This document shows, one piece after another, positions 31,773 through 41,693 of a stretch of DNA of 64,000 bases. The notes beneath the pieces are model-generated. The model was not told the origin of the DNA. It did no database searches and was given only the letters and a program-made list of their open reading frames with translations. Position 1 is the first letter of the stretch; the number at the start of each line of letters is the position of its first letter. This DNA is from an uncultured candidate division Zixibacteria bacterium (lineage in GTDB: Bacteria > Zixibacteria > MSB-5A5 > GN15 > FEB-12), in the NCBI GenBank assembly GCA_963735035.1, contig CAVTJJ010000005.1:1-64000 (forward strand), in the 5' to 3' direction. Both the position numbers and the translations under genes were made by a program.

Positions 31773-32111
31773 GGGTGCCCCGCCTGAAGCGGGGCAAGAC
31801 AGAGAGGGGAGCGGGGAAAGACAGAATTGGGGCGGCTTATCGGAAATTGGAGCGAGAGTGACACAATCAGTTGAGAATAGATTTCGGGGACCCGGGTGCC
31901 CCGCCTGAAGCGGGGCAAGACAGTGAGGGGAGCGGGGAAAGACAGAATTGGGGCGGCTTATCGGAAATTGGAGTGAGTGTGACACAATCAGTTGAGAATA
32001 GATTTCGGGGACCTGGGTGCCCCGCATGAAGCGGGGCAAGACAGAGGTGGGAAGCGGGGCAAGACAGAGGGGGAAGCGGGGCAAGACAGAGAAGGGGAGC
32101 GGGGCAGACAG
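31773..32111 (-). repeat. Right flank: three palindrome copies at 121-bp period plus a half-repeat ladder
   Basis: Copies start at 31773, 31894 and 32015; (GA)AGCGGGGCAAGACAG half units at about 32051, 32073 and 32097. Confidence 0.92.
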
Positions 32112-32298
32112 AGTGGACGGGGATTTACACAAGTGGCCGTTGAAAAGAGGGGTAGGTCTGAATAAGTTCAGATCGGTCAAGTATCCTAATGGAGTGCTGT
32201 TTTGGCTCCAATAGGACTCTTTGAGGGTACCTGTCTGGGGTCACTAGAGCGGCATTTGAGGCTTGACTAACGCGGACCTCTAATACGAAATTGACACC

Positions 32299-32502
32299 AT
32301 GACTACCAAACGTCTTTACAGATCAAGAAGCAGCCGGATGATCGCCGGCGTGTGCGGCGGAATCGCCGACTATTTCGAAGTCGATCCGACCATCATTCGC
32401 CTGGGCTGGGTTATCCTTATCCTGGCTTTTGGGACCGGCATCCTGGCTTATCTGCTGGCGCTGATTATTATACCCAACGAGCCGATCCAGCCGGCGCCGT
32501 AA
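32299..32502 (+). CDS. pspC: PspC domain protein
   Basis: KRLYRS...RMIAGVCGGIA.YF.VDPT.IRL; one TM helix. Confidence 0.9.
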   Translation: MTTKRLYRSRSSRMIAGVCGGIADYFEVDPTIIRLGWVILILAFGTGILAYLLALIIIPNEPIQPAP

Positions 32503-32538
32503 TCGCGTCTCAGATCGCGGGCAGGTGTCGGGTCATCC

Positions 32539-32910
32539 GGTACCCCACAGCTTGCTGTGGGTTCGTCGGTTTCGACCTATGCAAGATTGGGGATAATCCC
32601 GTTTCGCGTCGGGTCACATCCCTCCCTCGCCTTCGGCGAGTTTGGGACAAGACCCCCGATCTTGTCGGGGGCAGGCTCTGACGCAACAAACGTTCGAGAT
32701 CGCCACGGCCCCGATAAGATCGGGGCCTCGCGATGACGGATTCGAGGGTTTTGTACTCCTCCAAAACTGTTGCCAAGCGGCAAACAGACGCGTAGTTTCC
32801 ATAAGAAGTAAAATGCACTCGCCGGCAGATGTAGGCATCTGCCGGGCACGGGATACTCAATGGCAGATGATGCCCCGCAGTCAACTCGGGGGCAGGCATC
32901 TGCCGGGCAC
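32539..32910. repeat. Mixed cluster of REP-like palindromes
   Basis: GGTACCCCAC..GTGGG (32539); 40-nt match to the 54778 element (32647-32687); lone CGTC arm (32696-32738); GGCAGATG..CATCTGCCGGGCAC (32821-32849, partial at 32891). Confidence 0.8.
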
Positions 32911-32929
32911 AAGTAAGGAGGGCCGCAGG

Positions 32930-35080
32930 ATGCGCGCTCGGATTATTCTCGTCTCAGTACTAACTCTGTTGGCTATTCTTGTTGGCGTCGCTGTGGTCGA
33001 AAGCGCCACACTCGCGACTTTCGAGAAGCATGATCTTCGGATCACGCTCGATGTCCCCAACCAGCAAGCGACAATTTCTGACAAGGGCACCGTCCGCGTG
33101 AACGCGGGATGGAACTTCTTCTATCTGAACCAGGACGCCAAGGTCGGCACGCTGTCAGTAGGCGGCACTTCGGTTGACTATCATGTGGTCGGTTCCGGTG
33201 ATACGGCCCAGTTGCCGGTTGACATCAAGAAGGAAATGCCCAAACTGGAGACCGCAGGAAACCCGCTGCTGGTGTTCTTCCAAACAAAGCAGGCGACGTC
33301 GGTGCCGTTCGAAGTTGTCCTTACGGCGAAACTTCACGACTCGGTGGAAAATGTCCAGTTCTCGCGGGAATCGGTAGGCAACGAAGTCAGAGCGACGATA
33401 GGGGAGCAGGGCGCTTATCTGAGTCCGGCGGCGTATTTCTATCCGATAGGTGACGAGAAACTGGTGCAGTTCAGCGTGACGGTCGATATGCCGGGGAACT
33501 GGCTCTCCGTATCCGATGGCAACCCGGGGACTTCAACTGTTGAAAACGGTCGTCGGATCGAGACATTCGCGAATCCATACGTGAATGACGGCCTGAGCGT
33601 GATGGTGGCGCCGTTTGTGTCGCGCATGGAGACGCGTGACGGGGTCGAAGTGGCCTGCTACTTCTTCGAGGCTGATACGTCACTGGCCCAGGGATATCTC
33701 GACGCAGCCGCGGGGTATATCAAGATGTACTCCGATCTGATCGGTCCGTATCCGTTCAAGCGGTTCACGATTGCGGAGAATTTCTTCCCGACCGGCTATG
33801 GCTTCCCGGCCTGGACGCTTCTCGGACAGCAAGTCCTAAGACTGCCGTTCATTAAGACCACGTCACTTGGCCACGAGGTGCTCCACAACTGGTGGGGGAA
33901 CAGCGTGTATGTGGACTATGAAAAGGGGAACTGGTGCGAGGGGTTGACGGTCTACGGAGCCGACTATCGCTACAAGCTGATGGAGTCGGAAGCGGCGGCG
34001 AAAGATTATCGCAAGGATATTCTCAAAGAGTATGTCAGCTATGTCAACAAGGGGAATGACTTCCCGCTGCGCGAGTTCAAGTCGCGCACGAGCGCCGAGA
34101 CCCGCTCGATAGGCTACAACAAGGCGATGATGGTCTTCCACATGATTGAGCAACAAATAGGCACGCAGGCGTTTTTCGACGCCTGGAAACTGGTGTACAG
34201 CCAGTATAAGGCGAAGCAGGTTTCATGGGAGGACTGGGTTGCGGCGTACGAAAAGACGAGCGGACAGAAATTGTCGTGGGTGATTCCGGAATGGATCGAC
34301 CGGGCCGGCGCGCCGGTGATTGGATTGGATTCGGCCGTGCTCTCACAGGCAGGCTCAATCAGTCAGGGTGTAATGTTGAAGCTTTCACAGCGAGGAAAAG
34401 AGCAGTATCACCTAGCTGTGCCAGTTCGGGTTGAACTGTCGAGACAATTCACCTCAAACCCGAACGTCGATACCGTGTTCGATACTTCCGTGGTGCTGGA
34501 TAACAAAAGTCAGCTCTTTGGAGTGACAACTCAGATGGGGCACGGTGTCGTAGAAGTCGATCCCGATTATCATCTCTTCCGCAAGCTGTACCCCGAAGAG
34601 ATCGAACCGATCATCTCGGGTGTGATGGGTGTAGAGAAGAAGCGGCTGGTAGCGTATGATGCGTCAGATGCGAACAAATCTCTTTATGAAGCGTTCGGCA
34701 GCAGCCTGACTGAAGGTGGTGGGTTGGTCGAGACGGCGGCGATTCTCGATGAACCTACGAAAGACTTCGCGCCGGTGCTGTTGAATCCGAAAGAGATTCC
34801 GGTCGACATGGCTGCGATGATTACGACAACTGACACTTCACTGACGATCAACGGCGTGGCGTACCTGCGCAAGGGCCACACGTTTCTGCTGGCTGGTCGC
34901 AACTGGAACGGATTCGAGAAGTATCTGGTCGTGTTGAGTGATGATCCGGCGTCGTTGCCGCGGATCGGTCAGCTCGCGCCGCATTACGGTAAGTATTCGT
35001 ATCTGGTGTTCGAGGGTGCGAAGAATGTCGGCAAAGGGCAGTGGCCGACCGTGGGTTCGCCGTTGAAGAAGACGTTCTAG
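32930..35080 (+). CDS. Exported M1-family (gluzincin) aminopeptidase-like protein
   Basis: Signal peptide after AAGGAGG; GPYPF, HEVLHNWWGN...NWCEG (HExxH-18-E), GYNK..MVFHM. Confidence 0.88.
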   Translation: MRARIILVSVLTLLAILVGVAVVESATLATFEKHDLRITLDVPNQQATISDKGTVRVNAGWNFFYLNQDAKVGTLSVGGTSVDYHVVGSGDTAQLPVDIKKEMPKLETAGNPLLVFFQTKQATSVPFEVVLTAKLHDSVENVQFSRESVGNEVRATIGEQGAYLSPAAYFYPIGDEKLVQFSVTVDMPGNWLSVSDGNPGTSTVENGRRIETFANPYVNDGLSVMVAPFVSRMETRDGVEVACYFFEADTSLAQGYLDAAAGYIKMYSDLIGPYPFKRFTIAENFFPTGYGFPAWTLLGQQVLRLPFIKTTSLGHEVLHNWWGNSVYVDYEKGNWCEGLTVYGADYRYKLMESEAAAKDYRKDILKEYVSYVNKGNDFPLREFKSRTSAETRSIGYNKAMMVFHMIEQQIGTQAFFDAWKLVYSQYKAKQVSWEDWVAAYEKTSGQKLSWVIPEWIDRAGAPVIGLDSAVLSQAGSISQGVMLKLSQRGKEQYHLAVPVRVELSRQFTSNPNVDTVFDTSVVLDNKSQLFGVTTQMGHGVVEVDPDYHLFRKLYPEEIEPIISGVMGVEKKRLVAYDASDANKSLYEAFGSSLTEGGGLVETAAILDEPTKDFAPVLLNPKEIPVDMAAMITTTDTSLTINGVAYLRKGHTFLLAGRNWNGFEKYLVVLSDDPASLPRIGQLAPHYGKYSYLVFEGAKNVGKGQWPTVGSPLKKTF

Positions 35081-35101
35081 GATTTGGTGTTGTGCGATGT
35101 T

Positions 35102-35239
35102 GCGGCAGGTCCTGCGTCGTCGAAGGCGGCGTGTGACCTGCCGCTTTTCTATGACACGTGGTGGCGTCAGTACTTCCTGACAAGCAACGGTCAGGTCACA
35201 ACCCGCCTGGTCTTCGCCCAGCCGGGTCAGGACCTGACC
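35102..35239. repeat. Two CAGGTC...GACCTG hairpins between converging genes
   Basis: 35102-35144 and 35189-35239; same family as 20721 and 61250. Confidence 0.7.
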
Positions 35240-35334
35240 GAACCTCGTAAGACGTCTTTCCCGTACAATAGCCGTCAGGCAGAGACGCCTGACGGCACGA
35301 AGCTTACAACGGGCGTTTGAAAAGAAAACCCTAT

Positions 35335-36090
35335 CTATCCGCACAAGACGGCGCCGCCGTTGACGTTCAATATCTCGCCGGTGATGAAAGTCGAAAGGTC
35401 GGACGCGAGAAACAAAATCGGTCCGGCCAATTCTTCAGCCGTTCCCGCACGTCCCATCGGAATCTTGCTCAAAATGTCCGCTCGCTCCGGTCCGATCAGA
35501 GCATCATGTGACATATCAGTATCGACCCAGCCGGGAGCGACACAGTTCACCCTGATATTGTATTCGATCAATTCAGGCGCGAGGGACTTGGTCAGGCTGA
35601 TGATCGCGCCCTTGGTCGCAGCATACGGAGAATGAAACGCTTCGCCGCGCTGCCCCGCAGTCGATGAAATCAATATGATATTGCCACTGCGCTGACGCTT
35701 CATGTACGGCACCACCGCCATGGTGGGGTAGAACGTTCCGAGGATGTTGACGTCCAGGGCACGTTTCAGGCGGGCGTCGTCCATGCCATCAATCGGATTA
35801 TGCTCCCAGATGCCGGCGTTGTTGACGAGGACATCGATGCGGCCGAATTCCTTTATCGTCTTGTCAACCATGGTGTCGACTTCGGAGCGGTTGGAGATGT
35901 CGGCCTTAGCGAGCGTAGCTTTCACGCCGTATTCGAGACACTGGCGTCTGATTTGCTCGGCGGCTTTCTCATCAGCGCGGTAGTTGATGATTACGTGACT
36001 GCCGGCTTTGGCGAACATGACAGCCGCCGCGGCGCCGATACCGCGCGATGCGCCGGTGATGAGGGTGACTTTGTTCTTGAGTTTGATCAT
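35335..36090 (-). CDS. SDR family oxidoreductase (FabG-like)
   Basis: TGASRGIG, NNAG, YAATK, VNCVAPG, ITGE.L.VNGG. Confidence 0.92.
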   Translation of the reverse strand: MIKLKNKVTLITGASRGIGAAAAVMFAKAGSHVIINYRADEKAAEQIRRQCLEYGVKATLAKADISNRSEVDTMVDKTIKEFGRIDVLVNNAGIWEHNPIDGMDDARLKRALDVNILGTFYPTMAVVPYMKRQRSGNIILISSTAGQRGEAFHSPYAATKGAIISLTKSLAPELIEYNIRVNCVAPGWVDTDMSHDALIGPERADILSKIPMGRAGTAEELAGPILFLASDLSTFITGEILNVNGGAVLCG

Positions 36091-36105
36091 TGGATTCCTC
36101 CGTGC

Positions 36106-36318
36106 GTCGGCAGATGTGGGCATCTGCCGGGCACGTATTCAAATGCCGTAGTAGGGCGGGTCCGTCTTCGAACCCGCCATGGTGCCCCACCGCTTGCGGT
36201 GGGTTAAGATTTCGGCGAACGATGTCGGGTTGCTCGTCGTTCGCTCTGCAAACGACTCGTGAACCCGACCTACATTTCTCCAAACGAATGTCGGCAGATG
36301 TGGACATCTGCCGGGCAC
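36106..36318. repeat. REP-like cluster
   Basis: Two GGCAGATG-N4-CATCTGCCGGGCAC copies (36106, 36291), GTAGGGCGGG..CCCGCC (36151), GGTGCCCCAC..GTGGG (36181). Confidence 0.85.
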
Positions 36319-36352
36319 GGTTCAAGTATGTAAGGTGCCGAGTCCGTCAGAC

Positions 36353-37489
36353 CTACAACCCTTTCGGTTTCAAATTCTCCTTCGAGAATGACTGCTCGAT
36401 CTTCGGATCGGTGAACACACCGTCCTTGCGGATCAGCTTGTCGTCAAACCAGAGCTCGCCGCCGCCGTAATCCTTGCGCTGAATCAGCACCAGGTCCCAA
36501 TGAATATTCGATTGGTTGCCGTTGTAGGCTTCGTCGTAGCACTGGCCGGGTGTGAAATGAATCGAGCCGGCGATCTTCTCGTCAAACAATGTGTCTTTCA
36601 TCGGCTTCATGATGAATGGATTGACGCCAATCGCGAACTCGCCGACATAGCGCGCACCGGGGTCGACATCGAAGACTTTATTTATCGCCGCGGTATCGCC
36701 GTCGAAAGTCGCCTTGACGATCTTGCCATTTTCGAATGTCAGCGAAATATTGTTGTACACGACACCTTCATGGAGCGAAGGAGCGTTATACGTAATCGTA
36801 CCGTTGACGGAGTCGCGCACGGGAGCGGTGTAGACTTCGCCATCCGGAATGTTGCGGAGGCCATCGCATTTGACGACCGGTATACCTTTGAGCGAGAATG
36901 TCAAATCGGTGCCGGGGCCCTTGATATGGACCTTATCAGTGCGATCCACGAGCGCGACGAGGTCGTCCATGGCCTTCGACATCCGCTCGTAATCGGCGCA
37001 GCAGACGTCGAAATAGAAATCTTCGAATGCTTCCTGCGAAGTCTCAGCGAGTTGGGCCATGCCATTGTTCGGATAGCGCAGCACTACCCAGCGGGTACGT
37101 TTGACACGCTGCTCCAGATGCACCGGTTTGTAGAAGTTGGCGTTCCAGAGATCCATCTGGCTTTTCGGAATGTCGGCCAGGTCAAAGGGATTGTCCGAGC
37201 CGCGGAGGCCGATATAGGCGGCGGCACGTTTCATGAGTTCCATGTGAAGCTCGGCCTGTTTCACATGCTGTTCTTTGGTCGCCTTTCCGAGATACTGGCG
37301 CAGGAGTGATTCGTCGTTGTAGAACCAGAACGGGATGGCGCCCTTCTCGGTGGCGATGCGGATGATCTGCTTGCCGAGTTCGAGCGTCTCTTTACCCTTG
37401 ATTTCCAGATAGAGAATTTCGCCCTTCTGCAGTTTGGTGGAATAGTCTATCAGTTGGCGGGCGAGTATTTCGTTGCGCTTGTCTTTCAT
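36353..37489 (-). CDS. M29 family aminopeptidase (AmpS/AmpT-like)
   Basis: NIPDGEVYTAP, GEFAIG.N, LFDEKIAGS.H..PG, S.IHWDLV. Confidence 0.92.
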   Translation of the reverse strand: MKDKRNEILARQLIDYSTKLQKGEILYLEIKGKETLELGKQIIRIATEKGAIPFWFYNDESLLRQYLGKATKEQHVKQAELHMELMKRAAAYIGLRGSDNPFDLADIPKSQMDLWNANFYKPVHLEQRVKRTRWVVLRYPNNGMAQLAETSQEAFEDFYFDVCCADYERMSKAMDDLVALVDRTDKVHIKGPGTDLTFSLKGIPVVKCDGLRNIPDGEVYTAPVRDSVNGTITYNAPSLHEGVVYNNISLTFENGKIVKATFDGDTAAINKVFDVDPGARYVGEFAIGVNPFIMKPMKDTLFDEKIAGSIHFTPGQCYDEAYNGNQSNIHWDLVLIQRKDYGGGELWFDDKLIRKDGVFTDPKIEQSFSKENLKPKGL

Positions 37490-37615
37490 ACATTCACCTC
37501 ATGAGTCGGGTACGGCGTCTTTTGAGGAAAAGATAACAAATTGGGATGCGCTTGGCAACGGGCTCTATTTGTCCAGGAAGGTGAACCAAGGCCGAAAGTG
37601 GTTGTTACATTCACC

Positions 37616-38386
37616 ATGGCGCAAGGCAAGGTTTACATCGGCACAGCAGGGTTTAGCTACCGCGACTGGCTGGGCAACTTCTATCCGCAGTTTTGCCCGG
37701 CGGCTGATTTCCTCCAGTGCTATGCGATGACCTTCAATACGGTGGAACTCGATTCGACGTTCTATGGCATACCGACCCGTAAGGTCGTGGAGAAATGGTC
37801 TGCTACAACACCGGCCGGATTCCAGTTTGCGGCCAAGTTTCCCCGGACCGTTACTCACGAAGGGGAATTGAAGGCCCGCATGGAAGATGCGGAGAAGTAC
37901 CTCGCGGTAATGGCTGCCATGGGTGACAAACTCGGACCGCTGTTACTTCAATTTCCTCCGAGCTTTCAACCGTGCAGCCGGAAAGACCTCTGTGAGTTGC
38001 TCAGTCTGATTCCGCGCGGGCTAAGGGTGGCGGTGGAAGTCCGGTGCCGGAGCTGGCTTACGGAAGAACTCTACTCAATGTTGAAAGCCCGCGAGATAGG
38101 CTTGTGTCTGGCCGAGCTTCCAGGCATGCCCCGGCTGAATGTGCGCACCGCCGACTTCATCTATCTCAGGTTTATAGGCGATCACAAGGGCATCCCGGAT
38201 GATTTCAGCTACGTTCGCGAACCCCGCCTGGATGAACTTGACTACTGGACCGATACATTGGAACATTTTGCCGGTGAGAATGCCGATATTTTTGCCTATT
38301 TCAATAATCAATTTTCGGGTCATGCCCCATCTACAGCCCTTGATTTTCGTAATCGAGTAGGGGGCGGCAAGGGACGCGCGACGTAA
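37616..38386 (+). CDS. DUF72 (YecE/YunF) family protein
   Basis: IGTAGFSY..W...FYP, VELDSTFY, LLQFPPSF, YLRF.G, YFNN..G.AP. Confidence 0.92.
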   Translation: MAQGKVYIGTAGFSYRDWLGNFYPQFCPAADFLQCYAMTFNTVELDSTFYGIPTRKVVEKWSATTPAGFQFAAKFPRTVTHEGELKARMEDAEKYLAVMAAMGDKLGPLLLQFPPSFQPCSRKDLCELLSLIPRGLRVAVEVRCRSWLTEELYSMLKAREIGLCLAELPGMPRLNVRTADFIYLRFIGDHKGIPDDFSYVREPRLDELDYWTDTLEHFAGENADIFAYFNNQFSGHAPSTALDFRNRVGGGKGRAT

Positions 38387-38640
38387 CACCTTACATCATA
38401 AGTAGTTCTATCTCTCGGGGAGGGCTGTGCATGGTTTGGACAGAAATCCGACCGGGTGGTCGATCTTACTCAACTAAAGTAAACCGGATTCCGATAGACT
38501 ACTCAGGTCGGTCGGCGTAGTCCTGGATGGAACAGAGGACGTGAAGACCACGGTGGAGAGGGAGCTCCGATCAAATCTACGCGATCGGACAAAGCAACGC
38601 GACGACAAGAGACATATCATAAAAGGATGGGACGTTCTCG

Positions 38641-39132
38641 ATGCACAAAGAAATCACTAACAAACAGGAAAGCGCCGGTATGGCGGCTTCTGACGAACTG
38701 CAGTTGGTGTCCTTTAACATAGGCACCGAGGAATTCGGCGTCGATATCCTGAAAGTCCAGGAAATCAACCGGATGGTCGAGATCACGCGCGTACCGCAGG
38801 CGCCGCACTATGTGGAAGGTGTCATCAACCTCCGTGGGAAAGTGATCCCGATTGTTGATTTGAGAAAGCGCTTCAATCTGGAACTCAAGGAACACGACAA
38901 GAATACCCGAATCGTGGTGGTCGACATCGGTGGCAACATCATGGGCATGATTGTAGACTCCGTGTCGGAAGTTCTCAGACTGCCGGCCAATACTATCGAA
39001 CCGCCCCCGGAAATCGTTACGGGTGTCAACTCGGAGTACATCAAGGGCGTGGCCAAGCTGGACGACCGGCTGCTGATCTTCCTCGATCTCTCCAAGGTCA
39101 TCGACATGGCCGAAATAGCTTCGGTAAACTAG
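38641..39132 (+). CDS. cheW: Chemotaxis coupling protein CheW
   Basis: LVSF.IG.EEFGVDI..VQEI, ITRVP.AP..VEGVINLRGKVIP. Confidence 0.95.
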   Translation: MHKEITNKQESAGMAASDELQLVSFNIGTEEFGVDILKVQEINRMVEITRVPQAPHYVEGVINLRGKVIPIVDLRKRFNLELKEHDKNTRIVVVDIGGNIMGMIVDSVSEVLRLPANTIEPPPEIVTGVNSEYIKGVAKLDDRLLIFLDLSKVIDMAEIASVN

Positions 39133-39152
39133 GCGAAAACGAAGTTTGATAT

Positions 39153-39182
39153 AAGGACCGGTCAACGACCGGTCCTTTTTTT
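39153..39182 (+). terminator. Rho-independent terminator
   Basis: AAGGACCGGTC-AAC-GACCGGTCC followed by a T run. Confidence 0.85.
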
Positions 39183-39233
39183 GTCTGGTCGTCAGGGTTT
39201 GACAGGTCACCGGCGACCTGATACATTTGCGAT

Positions 39234-40418
39234 GTGACTTCTCCTCAAAAGATCTGCTTTCTCTATTTGAATATTGGGCGCGGCCATCCGTTCTATCTCG
39301 ACGGCATAAATGAAGCCATGATCGCTGCCGGAAGCAGGCCCGTCCAGATTGTCATTGAGGATGCTCGATCAGTATGTTCTTCGATCCCACGTCTGATGCT
39401 GGATTCCATGTCACGGTTATATCGTCGCGGCGGGTCCAGAGGACCGTGGGGATGGCTCTACGCGCTGTTCAGGAAGGGTGCTGAAGCGGGGGGACAAAAC
39501 TTCAGTAGCGCAATACTTCGTCGGGCGTTTGAGAACTATCCATCTGACGAGTTGATCGAGACGGTTGTGGTTTCGCATCCGATTTTGGTTGGCGTCTTAC
39601 CCAGGCGACTGAAGATCATATATCAGCACGGCGAACTGGTAGCTCCGAGGGGGGCTTTGGTAGAAGGCGCGGACGAAGTCCTGGTGCCGACCGAAAAGGT
39701 TGCGGAGATGTTCGTTCAGGCCGGATACTTGCGTGAGCAGATTTTTGTATCCGGGCTTTGCATCGAGCCGGGAGCCGTAGGTGTTGCAGTCGAGGCCTAT
39801 CGCAGTCGGCACGAGCGGATCGATCAGACGGTCCCGTTGATTGGTCTCTTCGTATCATCTGGTGCTGAGCCGTACCAGCATGTTAAGGCTATTATCTCAA
39901 GCGTTACTTCATGTAATCGTGTCGGTATACGCACGATTGTTCTCGCCCGGCAGGGCGGAAAACTGGAGACTGAAGTAAAACGGATGGGCCACAAGACCGG
40001 ACTTCAGATTACCGACTTGCAGGGAATCAGCTCCGGAAATTTGGACTGGGGGGAATGCTCTGTGATAGCCTTCCGTTCGAATCTCGAAGAGTCGCAGGCG
40101 ATAGGATATCTTCTTCCGCAGATCGATTTCTTCGTTGGTCCGCCGCACGAGCGCACGAATTGGGCGCTCGGACTCGGGTTGCCCATGTTCGCGTTGACTC
40201 CATGTATAGGACCGTTTGCTCCGCTAAATATGCAACTATTGGAAAGCTCCGGGACAACCGTCACGCTCGGATCGAGCCGAGACGCCGAATTTCTGGGGGA
40301 GACGGTGACCGAACTCCGCCGCACAGGTCAACTAGGTCGGATGGCCGAATGCGGGTGGGGGAACTTCTCGATCAACGGGTTCGAGCGAATCGCCGAACAC
40401 CTGCTCAAGTCCGCCTGA
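39234..40418 (+). CDS. Hypothetical protein, possibly GT-B glycosyltransferase-like
   Basis: N-terminal IGRGH, VVSHP and ALGLGLPM resemble GT-B lipid glycosyltransferases; weak match. Confidence 0.5.
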   Translation: MTSPQKICFLYLNIGRGHPFYLDGINEAMIAAGSRPVQIVIEDARSVCSSIPRLMLDSMSRLYRRGGSRGPWGWLYALFRKGAEAGGQNFSSAILRRAFENYPSDELIETVVVSHPILVGVLPRRLKIIYQHGELVAPRGALVEGADEVLVPTEKVAEMFVQAGYLREQIFVSGLCIEPGAVGVAVEAYRSRHERIDQTVPLIGLFVSSGAEPYQHVKAIISSVTSCNRVGIRTIVLARQGGKLETEVKRMGHKTGLQITDLQGISSGNLDWGECSVIAFRSNLEESQAIGYLLPQIDFFVGPPHERTNWALGLGLPMFALTPCIGPFAPLNMQLLESSGTTVTLGSSRDAEFLGETVTELRRTGQLGRMAECGWGNFSINGFERIAEHLLKSA

Positions 40419-40463
40419 CATTGGCCTTGCGAAGGGGGAGAGTGACAATATATTGGCCGGAAC

Positions 40464-41693
40464 ATGTTTGCCCGTCCACTTGCATACGTCCGCCAGTTCG
40501 AGAGCAATCTCTGGATTCTTTGTGTGGGGTGGTTCGTGGGGGCGTTGGGGTTCGCAGCGGCTATTCCGTTTCTGTCGATATATTTTCACGATCGTCTGGG
40601 CCTTTCGATAACTGAAATAGGCTTGTTCTTTGGGGCGATGGCGATAGTTCGGGCCGCTTTCCAGATAGTGGGCGGGGAACTTTCGGATTTCATGAGTCGC
40701 AAGACGCTGCTAGTCCACGCCCAGATTCTGCGAGCGGTGACGTTTCTCCTGCTTGGCGTTGCTATCGACTACAACATGGGTTTCTGGTGGGTGGCTGTAT
40801 TCATGTCGCTCAATTCACTGTTTGGAGCCATTTACTATCCGGCGCAGCATGCTTTGGTTTCGGACATCTTGAAGGAACATCAGCGTCTCGACGGCTACGC
40901 CCTGACGAGGTCGGCCGGCAATCTCGGCTGGGCGGCAGGGCCGGCCATAGGCGGTTTCATGGCGCACAGCTCATATGCGCTTCTGTTCTACATAGCGGCT
41001 GCGATTCTTATGACTTCAGGACTGATTTTCCATTTTGCTTTCCGCGAGCCGAAACAGCACCGACGGGAAGAAGGATTTCGACTGGCCGATCTGATGACAA
41101 TCAAGGATGATCGTCGTCTTGCGGTTCATTGCGTGCTGTCTCTTGCGCTCTACCTGGTGGTGGCGCAGTTGATTTCGCCCTTCTCGATCTACGCGGTAGA
41201 GATGGTTGGAATTTCAGAAGTGCAATTGGGCTACTTATATACCGTCAACGGGTTTCTGGTAGCGGCGGCTCAGATTCTGGTCACACGTGCGCTCGGCAAG
41301 ACCCGTTTCAGTACGCAACTGGCGGTAGGCTCACTGATATACTTCATAGGCTACGGGTCGATGGGTTTCTCGGGTAACTACGGCTACATGGCCTTCGTGA
41401 TGGTTATCGTGACGACCGGGGAGATGATCATGTCGCCGCCATCGCTGACTTTGGCATCGCGTTTGGCCCCGCCGAATCGACTCGGACGATATATGGGAGT
41501 CTATACGTTCTTTACGACAACGGGTTGGTCACTCGGCCCGCTCTACGGTGGATGGTTCCTCGACCACTTCGGTACTCAACCACAATTGGCATGGGTGATG
41601 ATTGCGTCGCTGGCGCTGGTGTCGTGTGCAGGCTATATCTGGTTCGGTCGTCATCTTGACGACTCTGTGAACGGACTGCCGAAGACTACTTGA
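40464..41693 (+). CDS. MFS transporter
   Basis: 12 TM pattern; GG.LSD..SRK, NLGWAAGPAIGG, GRYMG. Confidence 0.92.
   Translation: MFARPLAYVRQFESNLWILCVGWFVGALGFAAAIPFLSIYFHDRLGLSITEIGLFFGAMAIVRAAFQIVGGELSDFMSRKTLLVHAQILRAVTFLLLGVAIDYNMGFWWVAVFMSLNSLFGAIYYPAQHALVSDILKEHQRLDGYALTRSAGNLGWAAGPAIGGFMAHSSYALLFYIAAAILMTSGLIFHFAFREPKQHRREEGFRLADLMTIKDDRRLAVHCVLSLALYLVVAQLISPFSIYAVEMVGISEVQLGYLYTVNGFLVAAAQILVTRALGKTRFSTQLAVGSLIYFIGYGSMGFSGNYGYMAFVMVIVTTGEMIMSPPSLTLASRLAPPNRLGRYMGVYTFFTTTGWSLGPLYGGWFLDHFGTQPQLAWVMIASLALVSCAGYIWFGRHLDDSVNGLPKTT

Noticed and set aside
31773..32044. CRISPR array (30-bp palindromic repeat, three copies)
   Set aside because: The 91-nt intervals are near-identical rather than unique spacers, a fourth copy is inverted on the other side of the nuclease, and no cas genes are present.
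32642..32929. N-terminal extension of the 812-aa peptidase ORF
   Set aside because: It runs through repeat DNA; a clear RBS and signal peptide begin at 32930.
38390..38640. c-di-GMP riboswitch upstream of cheW
   Set aside because: I could not find the GEMM core motifs; an Rfam scan would be needed to exclude other classes.
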